Assembly: GCA_050732995.1 (NCBI GenBank)
Contig: JBOHSA010000095.1
Location: 1,471-65,470 of the forward strand
Reading direction: 5' to 3'
DNA from: Gemmatimonadales bacterium
Lineage (GTDB): Bacteria > Gemmatimonadota > Gemmatimonadetes > Gemmatimonadales > GWC2-71-9
DNA length: 64,000 nucleotides
Shown: in pieces, positions 54,512-61,816 of the stretch
Layout: each line of letters begins with the position of its first letter
Position numbering within the stretch: position 1 is the stretch's first letter
Made by a program: the position numbers and the translations under genes
The notes under the pieces: model-generated
The model's input: only the letters and a program-made list of their open reading frames with translations
What the model was told of the DNA's origin: nothing
The model's database searches: none

Positions 54512-55621
54512 GTGATGAAGGTTGGGGTTCCGAAAGAAACCGCCGCCGCCGAGCGCCGGGTCGCCCTGGTTCCCGACGTCGCCGCCCGGCTGGGCAAGGC
54601 GGGTCTCGAGGTGGTGATCGAGCGCGGGGCGGGCCAGTCGGCAACGTTCCCCGATGCCGCCTACGAAGCCGTGGGCGCGACGCTCGCGCCCACGGCGGGA
54701 GCGCTGTACGGAGCGGCCGACATCGTGCTCAAGGTCCGGCCGCCGTCTGCTGCGGAGGTGACGCAGGTGCGCGAGAGCGCCGCGCTCATCGGCCTGCTCC
54801 AGGCCGCGACGAGCCCGGACCTCGTGGCGCAGCTCACCCAGCGCCGCGTGACCGCCTTCAGTCTCGAGCTGCTGCCGCGGATCACGCGGGCCCAGCCGAT
54901 GGACGTGCTGTCGTCGCAGGCGACGGTGGCGGGGTACAAGGCCGTCCTGCTGGCGGCGCACGCCGCGCCGCGGTTCTTCCCGATGCTCGTGACCGCGGCC
55001 GGCACGCTTCCGCCCGCGCGCGTCCTCGTGCTGGGCGCGGGCGTCGCCGGCCTGCAGGCGATCGCCACCGCCAAGCGGCTCGGGGCGGTGGTCTCGGCGT
55101 TCGACGTGCGACCCGCCGTCAAGGAGCAGGTCGAGAGCCTGGGCGCGACGTTTCTCGCCCTGGAGATCCGGGAGGAGGCCGAGACTGCCGGCGGCTACGC
55201 GAAAGAGCTGTCCGAGGAGTCGCACCGCCGCGAGCTCGCGTTCATCGCCAGCCATGTGCAACAGGCGGACGTCGTGATCACGACCGCCCTGATTCCGGGG
55301 AAGCGGGCGCCCGTGCTCGTCACGCGGGACGCGGTGGCCGGCATGCGGCCCGGCTCGGTGATCGTGGACCTCGCCGCCGAGGCGGGCGGGAACTGCGAGG
55401 TCACGCAGGCGGGCGCCGAGGTCGCGGCGCACGGCGTCGCGGTGCTCGGCCCGCTGAATCTGCCCGGCACGCTGCCGCTGCACGCGAGCCAGATGTACGC
55501 CAGGAACGTCGCCAGCTTCCTGCTCCACCTGGTGAAGGACGGCCGGCTCGAAGTGCATCTCGACGATGAGATCACCCGCGGGACGTGTGTGACGCACGCC
55601 GGCCAGGTGCTGCGCCGGTGA
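54512..55621 (+). CDS. pntAA: NAD(P) transhydrogenase subunit alpha part 1 (PntAA-like; alanine dehydrogenase/PNT fold)
   Basis: MKVGVPKETAAAERRVALVPDVAARL..., Rossmann motif VLVLGAGVAGLQAIATAKRLGAVVSAFDVR, and ALIPGKRAPVLV. No pntAB or pntB follows. Confidence 0.78.
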   Translation: MMKVGVPKETAAAERRVALVPDVAARLGKAGLEVVIERGAGQSATFPDAAYEAVGATLAPTAGALYGAADIVLKVRPPSAAEVTQVRESAALIGLLQAATSPDLVAQLTQRRVTAFSLELLPRITRAQPMDVLSSQATVAGYKAVLLAAHAAPRFFPMLVTAAGTLPPARVLVLGAGVAGLQAIATAKRLGAVVSAFDVRPAVKEQVESLGATFLALEIREEAETAGGYAKELSEESHRRELAFIASHVQQADVVITTALIPGKRAPVLVTRDAVAGMRPGSVIVDLAAEAGGNCEVTQAGAEVAAHGVAVLGPLNLPGTLPLHASQMYARNVASFLLHLVKDGRLEVHLDDEITRGTCVTHAGQVLRR

Positions 55622-55659
55622 CCGCTGGCCTCGCCCGGTAGGGAGGCGCTCGTGGCAGG

Positions 55660-56090
55660 ATGCCCATGATCCCAGGCACCGCATTTGTGGCGACGCTCGC
55701 GCTCGTCGGCGTGGTCATCGTCGTTGCCGCGCTGCTCTCGGGGGTCGTCGAGCGCACGCGCTTCCCCCAGGTCGCGCTCTTCGTCCTGCTCGGTCTGTTG
55801 CTGGGCCCCTTCGGCCTCCGGATCGTCGATTTCCGCCTCGAACTCCGGCGTGCTTGCGACCATCGCCACGCTCGCCCTGGTCCTGGTCTTGTTCACGGAT
55901 GCGGTCTCGATCAACGTCGCGGAGGTGCGGCGGCATCGCACGCTGGCCCTGCTCGTGCTCGGTCCCGGGACGCTGCTCACGGCCGCGCTCGTTGCGGTCG
56001 CGGCGTGGGCGCTCCTCGACGTGGCGCCGGCTCCCGCGGCGATCCTCGGCGCGCCGCTGGCCTCCACCGACCCGGTGATCATGCGCGGCA
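55660..56090 (+). pseudogene. cation:proton antiporter (CPA1-type) remnant, frameshifted and 3'-truncated
   Basis: Frame 1 gives MPMIPGTAFVATLALVGVVIVVAALLSGVVERTRFPQVALFVLLGLLLGPFGLRIVDF. Near 55840 the sensible reading moves to another frame: SGVLATIATLALVLVLFTDAVSINVAEVRRHRTLALLVLGPGTLLTAALVAVAAWALL...LASTDPVIMRG. Homology stops about 140 residues in, whereas this family is usually over 400 aa. Confidence 0.55.
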
Positions 56091-56267
56091 GGCGGCCGGG
56101 ATGCCGGTGGCGCCCAGGCGGCGCTGATTCCCGCTCAGGGAGGCGGTCGCGTAATCATGCGGAGCGGCGCGTAATTATCCGATCTTGACGCTCCCGCCGC
56201 CGGGTCGGAGCTTTTTCAGGACGCGCCCATCCACGTGTCGAGTGTCACTCGAAGGAGGCTCCCCGTC

Positions 56268-57179
56268 ATGTGCCGGAATGCCCGTTCCCCCATCGTCGTC
56301 GTCGCTGCCGGACTCGCGCTCGCCGCCTGTAGCCGGCCGGACGGTGCCGGTACCGTCGCGGCGCCGCAGTTCGCCCATGTGCAGGATTTGATCGGCACCC
56401 CCGACCTGATCGTCGACGCCAAGAAGCTGGCGACCTCGTGGGTCGTGTACGACCAGGAGCTGAAGGAGTCGTTCTGCAGCATCGACGAAGCCGACCTCGC
56501 CCCCGGCCGGTACCGCGTGCTGCGATTCACCGTGAACACGCCGAACATCGGCGATGCCGACGTCTTCATCGGCAGCCCCTGGAAGCACATGGACCCGAAC
56601 GACGACGGGAGCTTCGCCGATTCCGACGGTCTGTATGAGGAGTCGACCTGCCACCGCCACTTCCATTTCCGCAACTACGCCCTGTACCAGCTGATCGACG
56701 CCGCGACGGGGAAGGTGTTCCGGGCCCGGAAGAACGGCTTCTGCATGATCGATATCACGCCCTGGTCGGAAGAGGTCCCCCCCGGAAGCTGGGTGTACCG
56801 AAGCTGCGGGAACTCACTGGTCCGAGGCTCGGGGTTTCAGGGAATCAGCGTCGGCTACGGCGACGAGTACTTCAAGTGGCTGGGCGGGCAGTACTTCGTT
56901 CTTGAGGGGGATCCCAACGCCGAGCCGATTCCCCCCGGGCAGTACCTGCTCCGGATCTGGGTGAACCCACCGTTCGTGGCGCGGGGCAAGGAAGTGTGTC
57001 CCGCCAAGGATCCCCAGGGCCTCTGCCACATGTTCGTGGAGAGCGACTACGGCAACAACATCGGCCAGGCGCTCATCACGATCCCGGCCGGGCGGCCCGG
57101 CAAGACGGGCTTCGGACCGGGCGGCGGCCAGCTGGCGCAGGACGAGGCGATCGACGACGAGAATCGGCCGAACAAGTAA
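56268..57179 (+). CDS. lysyl oxidase (LOX) catalytic-domain homologue, lipoprotein
   Basis: ORF 56235..57179 trimmed to ATG 56268, preceded by GAAGGAGG. Lipobox LALAAC. Motifs TCHRHFHF, RKNGFCMID, QGISVGYGDEY and ESDYGNNIG align with LOX copper-His, LTQ-Lys, LTQ-Tyr and C-terminal motifs. Confidence 0.8.
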   Translation: MCRNARSPIVVVAAGLALAACSRPDGAGTVAAPQFAHVQDLIGTPDLIVDAKKLATSWVVYDQELKESFCSIDEADLAPGRYRVLRFTVNTPNIGDADVFIGSPWKHMDPNDDGSFADSDGLYEESTCHRHFHFRNYALYQLIDAATGKVFRARKNGFCMIDITPWSEEVPPGSWVYRSCGNSLVRGSGFQGISVGYGDEYFKWLGGQYFVLEGDPNAEPIPPGQYLLRIWVNPPFVARGKEVCPAKDPQGLCHMFVESDYGNNIGQALITIPAGRPGKTGFGPGGGQLAQDEAIDDENRPNK

Positions 57180-57220
57180 ACTGAAGCCGTCTCACTCCTG
57201 GACTGAAGGCGACGCTCCCG

Positions 57221-58376
57221 TTAGACGCCTTTGATGATTTGTGCCGCCCGATGCGCAATCCCCATGATCGTGAGCATCGGGTTGACGCCCGAGGCTGAAG
57301 GAAAGACGCTGGCATCGGCGACGTACAGGCCGGGAACGCCCCAGACCTGGTTCTCCGCATTGACCACCGACGTGCGGGGGCTCGATCCCATCCGGCACGA
57401 CGCCATCTGGTGGTAGCTCGCGAGCAGCAGCTGGTTCGGTCCGAGCCCGGCGCCGTCGATCGCCGCGAGCCAGTGGGCGCGCGTTGACTCCCCGGGCCGG
57501 CAGGAGATCCAGCGGTGCAGCGGCGCGGTCTCGAACTTGAACCCGAACCCGCGGTCGAGGTCGGCGAACTGGCCGGAGTAGTGCGCCTGCAAGGTTCCCG
57601 TCCAGGGGCGGATCTCCTCGGGCATCAGCGCGAAGATCGCCGTGGCGGGATGCAACGCGAGAAACCGGCCGAGCGCCGGCAGCCGGATTCCGGAGCGGCA
57701 GAGCAGGGCGGGCGAGTGCAGCGCCCCGCCGGCGACCACCACGCAGCGCGCCCGCACGATCAGCCGGTGATCCCCCACGCGGGCCTCGACGCCCGCCGCC
57801 CGGCCCGCCTCGAACGACACCCGTTCCGTCATGGCCCCCACGACGAACCGGGCCCCCCGCGCCGCGGCATCCTGCAGCGGCCGCGGCGAGCTCGCCGGCC
57901 ACCACGCCCCCGCCCGCTCCGGAGCCGACGATCACGACGTCGCAATCGAGCGTAGTGTCACGCGGGATCGCGAGCGGCGTGATGCGTTTGGGGGTTGTCG
58001 GCGGCGGGCTCATCGGACCCGGATAGGCGATCCGCGCCCGGGCGGCGGCGGTCGTGTAGTGGACCAGGGTGATCAGCCGCTTGAGCGCCTGAAACCCTTT
58101 GCGGCGGAGCGGCAGGCGGCTTTCGGCCCAGCTCCGCAGGTAGCGCTCCCGCCACTCGACCGGCATGGCGCTGAACGGCCGGGGACTGCCGGTGAGCAGC
58201 AGGTTCGCGACGCGGCTCTCGAACAGCCGGAGCAGCCGCTCGAGCTCGGCGCGGTCCGTGGCGCCGGGCAGCAGCGCGAGCTTCGCCGCCACCCGATCCG
58301 TGAGCTCCGGCCCGGCCTCCGGGACGAGCGTCTCGGCGACGGCCCGGAGGCTCAGCGCGACCGGTGCCGCGGTCAG
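57221..58376 (-). pseudogene. GMC oxidoreductase fused to a subunit-3-like N-terminal domain, disrupted by internal deletion(s)
   Basis: The N-terminal frame (within ORF 57192..58652) reads LRAVAETLVPEAG...WRERYLRSWAESRLPLRRKGFQALKRLITLVHY...DCDVVIVGSGAGGGVVAGELAAA. Near 57880 the sensible reading jumps frame to LQDAAARGARFVVGAMTERVSFEAGRAAGVEA...(ORF 57221..57841)...YHQMASCRMG...LYVADASVFPSASGVNPMLTIMGIA. About 190 residues of the FAD/substrate domain are missing, and possibly about 80 more between FETAPLH and YHQM. Confidence 0.65.
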
Positions 58377-58834
58377 CCGCGGCTGAGGGAGAGTCGGAAC
58401 CCGTCCGGGTCTTGCACCAGGAAGGAGCGCGACCCATACCGGTCGGCCGGCTGCTCCAGGATCGTGCCGCCGCCGCCGTAAGCCCGGACGCGTTCGGCCA
58501 GCGCGTCGATATCCTGGGCCGTACTGCACCACACCCGGAAGCCGACGCCCTTCGGCCGGTCCCGGCCTTTGGCGAAATCGTCCTGGGAGAGCCCCAGCTG
58601 GCAGCTGCCCGCCTTCAGCATCACGCCGACCAGCCGGCCGTTCTCCTCCCACCGGTCGGTCACCACGAAGCCGAGCGCGTGGCTATACCAGTTGATACTG
58701 CGCTGGAGGTCGTCGACCGTGAACGAGGGATTCACCGAGCGGAGCCGCAAGGTCTCCGGCTGGCGCCGTTTGGGCCGGCGCGGGGCGGAGGCCGGGCGTT
58801 TGGTCGCTGTCCGTCGTTTGGTCTTCGTGGCCAT
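58373..58834 (-). CDS. VOC/glyoxalase-bleomycin-resistance family protein with basic N-terminal tail
   Basis: LRLRSVNPSFTVDDLQRSINWYSHALGFVVTDRWEENGRLVGVMLKAGSCQLGLSQDD...GSRSFLVQDPDGFRLSL is the typical VOC fold pattern. The N-terminus is MATKTKRRTATKRPASAPRRPKRR. Confidence 0.78.
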   Translation of the reverse strand: MATKTKRRTATKRPASAPRRPKRRQPETLRLRSVNPSFTVDDLQRSINWYSHALGFVVTDRWEENGRLVGVMLKAGSCQLGLSQDDFAKGRDRPKGVGFRVWCSTAQDIDALAERVRAYGGGGTILEQPADRYGSRSFLVQDPDGFRLSLSRG

Positions 58835-58941
58835 GGGGGTCTCCTCTCGAAACGTGACTCGCAGGGCGCCGACGGATCAAGCGTAGCGCACCGGCGCGCG
58901 AGCCGCCAGATTACCCCTCCCGACCCATTCGGCAGGAGCTC

Positions 58942-60501
58942 GTGGCCATGACCCTCTCGCGTGTTCTCCGCCTCGCCGCCGTCGGCTGGTTCGCGTCCCC
59001 CCCCCTGGCATCGGCGCTCGCCGCCCAGCAGGTCGTCCAGGAGCGCGTGGACCTCTCGGTGGTCCAGCGCATCCGGGACGAGGGAATGAACCGGTCGCAG
59101 GTCCCCGAGCTGGCGGGCTACCTGACCGATGTCATCGGGCCGCGGCTCACCGGCTCGAGCGCCATGCGCCGGGCCAACGACTGGACGGCGGAACAGTTCC
59201 GCGGCTGGGGGCTCGCGAACGTGGTCGTGGAGCCCTGGGGGCAGTTCGGGCGCGGTTGGGAGCGCGTCTCGTTCAGCGGGCGGATCCTCGAGCCGTTCGT
59301 CTGGCCGCTGCAAGGCTCGCCGCTCGCCTGGAGCGGCAGCACGCGCGGCACGGTCGTCGGGCCGGTGGTCTTCGTGGAGCTCCGGGACACCGCGGATCTG
59401 GCCCGCTACCGCGGGAAACTCCGGGGTGCGTTCGTGATGCGCGACACCATCGTCGCGGTGGCGCCGGAGTTCGACCCGGCGCCGCTCCGGACGCCGCTCG
59501 ATCGGCTGCTGGACACGACGCGGCAGCAAGCGCCACCGCCCACGCCGCCGACGCCGGAGCAGCAGGCGCGGCAACAGGCCCAGGCGGCGTTCAATCGCGC
59601 GGCGTACGCCTTCCTTCGGGCCGAGCGTGCCGCCGGCGTGCTCACCTACTCGAGTCGGCAGTACGCGATCATCCGGCCGGGCGCGGGTCCGTTCTCGACG
59701 GCCGTGCGGTATGATACGATCCCCGACCCGCTGCCCGCCGTCATGCTGTCGCAGGAGCAGTACTTCCAGATCGTCCGGAACCTGAAGCGCGGCACGCCGG
59801 TCCGCCTCGAGCTCAACGCGCAGAACCGGTGGCTGACCCAGGACCGGCAGGCCTACAACACGTTGGCCGAGATTCCCGGCGCGGATCTCAAGGACCAGGT
59901 CGTCATGCTCGGCGCCCATCTCGACAGCTGGTTCGGGGGGACCGGCGCCACGGACAACGGGGCGGGCTCGGTCGTCATGATGGAGGCGATCCGGATCCTC
60001 AGGACCCTGGGCCTCCAGCCACGCCGCACGATCCGCATCGCGCTGTGGTCCGGCGAGGAGCAGGGCTTGCGCGGCTCGCGCGCCTGGGTCGAGAACCACA
60101 AGGCCGAGCTCGACAAGATCTCGGCCTACGTGAACGTGGACAACGGCACGGGACGGATCCGGGGCATCTGGAATCAGTCCAACGAGGCAGTCCTCCCGGT
60201 GTTCGAGCAGATCCTCTGGCCGTTCCGCGACCTCGGCGTGGTCGCGGTCCGGCGCGGCAACACCGGCGGCACCGATCATCTGGCGTTCGACGCCGCCGGC
60301 GTCCCGGGCTTCAACTTCATCCAGGATCCGATCGAGTACGGGACGCGGACGCATCACACCGACGCGGACACGTTCGAGCGGCTCTTGATCGACGACCTGA
60401 AGCAGGCGGCGACCGTGGTCGCCTACACGGTGTATCACCTGGCGATGCGGGACGAGATGATGCCGCGGAAGCCGGCGCCGGCCGCAACCGGAGGGCACTG
60501 A
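58942..60501 (+). CDS. M28-family metallopeptidase (aminopeptidase), secreted
   Basis: Signal peptide. VVMLGAHLDSWFGGTGATDNGAGSVVMMEAIRIL and LWSGEEQGLRGSRAWV (M28 zinc ligand motifs). GGTDHLAFDAAGVPGF. Confidence 0.88.
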   Translation: MAMTLSRVLRLAAVGWFASPPLASALAAQQVVQERVDLSVVQRIRDEGMNRSQVPELAGYLTDVIGPRLTGSSAMRRANDWTAEQFRGWGLANVVVEPWGQFGRGWERVSFSGRILEPFVWPLQGSPLAWSGSTRGTVVGPVVFVELRDTADLARYRGKLRGAFVMRDTIVAVAPEFDPAPLRTPLDRLLDTTRQQAPPPTPPTPEQQARQQAQAAFNRAAYAFLRAERAAGVLTYSSRQYAIIRPGAGPFSTAVRYDTIPDPLPAVMLSQEQYFQIVRNLKRGTPVRLELNAQNRWLTQDRQAYNTLAEIPGADLKDQVVMLGAHLDSWFGGTGATDNGAGSVVMMEAIRILRTLGLQPRRTIRIALWSGEEQGLRGSRAWVENHKAELDKISAYVNVDNGTGRIRGIWNQSNEAVLPVFEQILWPFRDLGVVAVRRGNTGGTDHLAFDAAGVPGFNFIQDPIEYGTRTHHTDADTFERLLIDDLKQAATVVAYTVYHLAMRDEMMPRKPAPAATGGH

Positions 60502-60502
60502 C

Positions 60503-60931
60503 GTGCCGACGAGTCACGCCACGGCCGTGTGGGAAGGGAAGCTGCGCGACGGCAAGGGGAGCTTCAAAGCCGGCAGCGGCGCCTTCACCGGGCCGTATAC
60601 GTTCGCGACGCGTTTCGAGGGCGCGAAGGGGACGAACCCCGAGGAGCTGATCGCCGCCGCCGAAGCGGCGTGCTTCAGCATGGCCCTCTCCGCCGGTCTG
60701 GAAAAGGCCGGCAAGCCCGCCGCACGGGTCGAAACGCGGGCTGCCTGCACGCTGGAGATGGTCGGCGGCGCGCCCAAGATCACCCGCATCGACCTGACGG
60801 TGCGGGGCAGGGTGCCCGGGCTCGACCAGGCCGGGTTCCAGAAAGCGGCCGAAGAGGCCCAGACCGGCTGCCCGGTCTCCAAGGCACTCAAGGGCAACGT
60901 CGAGCTCACGCTCGACGCGAAACTGGAATGA
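60503..60931 (+). CDS. osmC: OsmC-family peroxiredoxin
   Basis: 142 aa. GTNPEELIAAAEAACFSMALS and the second Cys in TGCPVSKAL are typical of the OsmC subfamily. GTG start. Confidence 0.88.
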   Translation: MPTSHATAVWEGKLRDGKGSFKAGSGAFTGPYTFATRFEGAKGTNPEELIAAAEAACFSMALSAGLEKAGKPAARVETRAACTLEMVGGAPKITRIDLTVRGRVPGLDQAGFQKAAEEAQTGCPVSKALKGNVELTLDAKLE

Positions 60932-61365
60932 GCCGGCGGGGGGGAGGGGGGAGCGGGGAATGGGGAGTGGGGCTCGCGGTCGGACTCCTTGCGCTGGCGG
61001 CGTGCCGGATGGAGCGGGCGGCCACGGTGCGGATCGTGGAGCCGGCGGAAGGTGCGACGATCGTCGGGCCCAGCGTCCGGGTCGTGCTGCAAGTGACGGG
61101 AATGGAGCTCGCCCCCGCGTCGGAGCAACGCCCGGGGACGGTCCACCACCACCTGTTCCTCGACACCGAGCTCACCCCGCCGGACGATACGATCCCCGCG
61201 GGCGTGACCGGCATCATCCACCTCGGCCGCGCCCAGACGGAGTTCAGCTTCGACAGCGTGCCGCCGGGCCCCCACCGCGTGATCGCCTACCTCGCCGACC
61301 CCTGGCACGTGCCGGTCAAGCCGGTCGCGGTGGATACGGTACGGTTTGTGGTGACGAGACCCTGA
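60928..61365 (+). CDS. DUF4399-like periplasmic lipoprotein
   Basis: ATGA overlap with the osmC stop. Lipobox LALAAC. GTVHHHLFLDTEL...IIHLGRAQTEFSFDSVPPGPHRVIAYLADPWH matches my recollection of DUF4399. The N-terminal RRGGGGSGEWG is encoded by a G-tract. Confidence 0.65.
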   Translation: MSRRGGGGSGEWGVGLAVGLLALAACRMERAATVRIVEPAEGATIVGPSVRVVLQVTGMELAPASEQRPGTVHHHLFLDTELTPPDDTIPAGVTGIIHLGRAQTEFSFDSVPPGPHRVIAYLADPWHVPVKPVAVDTVRFVVTRP

Positions 61366-61366
61366 C

Positions 61367-61470
61367 GGGGAGGACGGGGAAGGACGGGGGGAAGACGGGG
61401 GGGGGACCTCCCCCGTCCTCCCCCGCCTTCCCCCGCCTTCCCCCGTCCTCTCCCGTCCTCTCCCGTCTCC
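61367..61470 (+). repeat. purine/pyrimidine-asymmetric decamer array forming a long imperfect inverted repeat
   Basis: Left arm: GGGGAGGAC GGGGAAGGAC GGGGGGAAGAC GGGGGGGGG (61367-61405). Right arm: six in-phase decamers CCCCGTCCTC CCCCGCCTTC CCCCGCCTTC CCCCGTCCTC TCCCGTCCTC TCCCGTCTCC (61411-61470). CCCCGTCCTC is the reverse complement of GAGGACGGGG. Intergenic, between the DUF4399 and DUF971 genes. Confidence 0.9.
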
Positions 61471-61480
61471 CATCCGCCCC

Positions 61481-61816
61481 ATGGACATTCCCATTCCCAA
61501 GCTGATTGGCCGCCAGGCGGCACGCGGCGACTTTCTGATCCGGTGGGATGAGGGCCACGAAGGCGTCTACCCCGCCCGGGTGTTGCGATTGGCGTGCCCG
61601 TGCGCCGAGTGCCGCGAAGAGATGACCGGACGCCGGCTGCTCGATGCGCGTCGGGTGCCGGACGACATCGATGGCGTGCGGGTGGAGCTGGTCGGCCGGT
61701 ACGGTATCCGCATCGACTGGAGCGACGGGCATCACACGGGGATCTACACCTACGAGATGTTGTACGAGATGTGTCCCTGTGCGAGTTGCTCAGCGGCGAA
61801 GCGACCGAGGGGCTAA
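61481..61816 (+). CDS. DUF971-family protein (gamma-butyrobetaine hydroxylase N-terminal-like zinc domain)
   Basis: 111 aa. FLIRWDEGHEGVYPARVLRLACPCAECREE...GIRIDWSDGHHTGIYTYEMLYEMCPC is the typical DUF971 pattern. Confidence 0.75.
   Translation: MDIPIPKLIGRQAARGDFLIRWDEGHEGVYPARVLRLACPCAECREEMTGRRLLDARRVPDDIDGVRVELVGRYGIRIDWSDGHHTGIYTYEMLYEMCPCASCSAAKRPRG

Noticed and set aside
54512-55621. Calling this gene alanine dehydrogenase rather than PntAA
   Set aside because: The two families share the fold and I cannot separate them with certainty by eye. The N-terminus MKVGVPKETAAAERRVALVP and the length of about 370 aa fit PntAA better in my recollection, so I kept the PntAA-like call at moderate confidence.
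56175-56674. Minus-strand ORFs (163 and 152 aa) opposite the LOX-like gene
   Set aside because: No motifs and no RBS. They are entirely antisense to a gene with strong family signatures and an excellent SD.
61367-61470. Decamer repeats as a CRISPR array
   Set aside because: The units are 10 bp, contiguous and without spacers, and there are no cas genes in the window. This is a low-complexity tandem/inverted repeat, not CRISPR.
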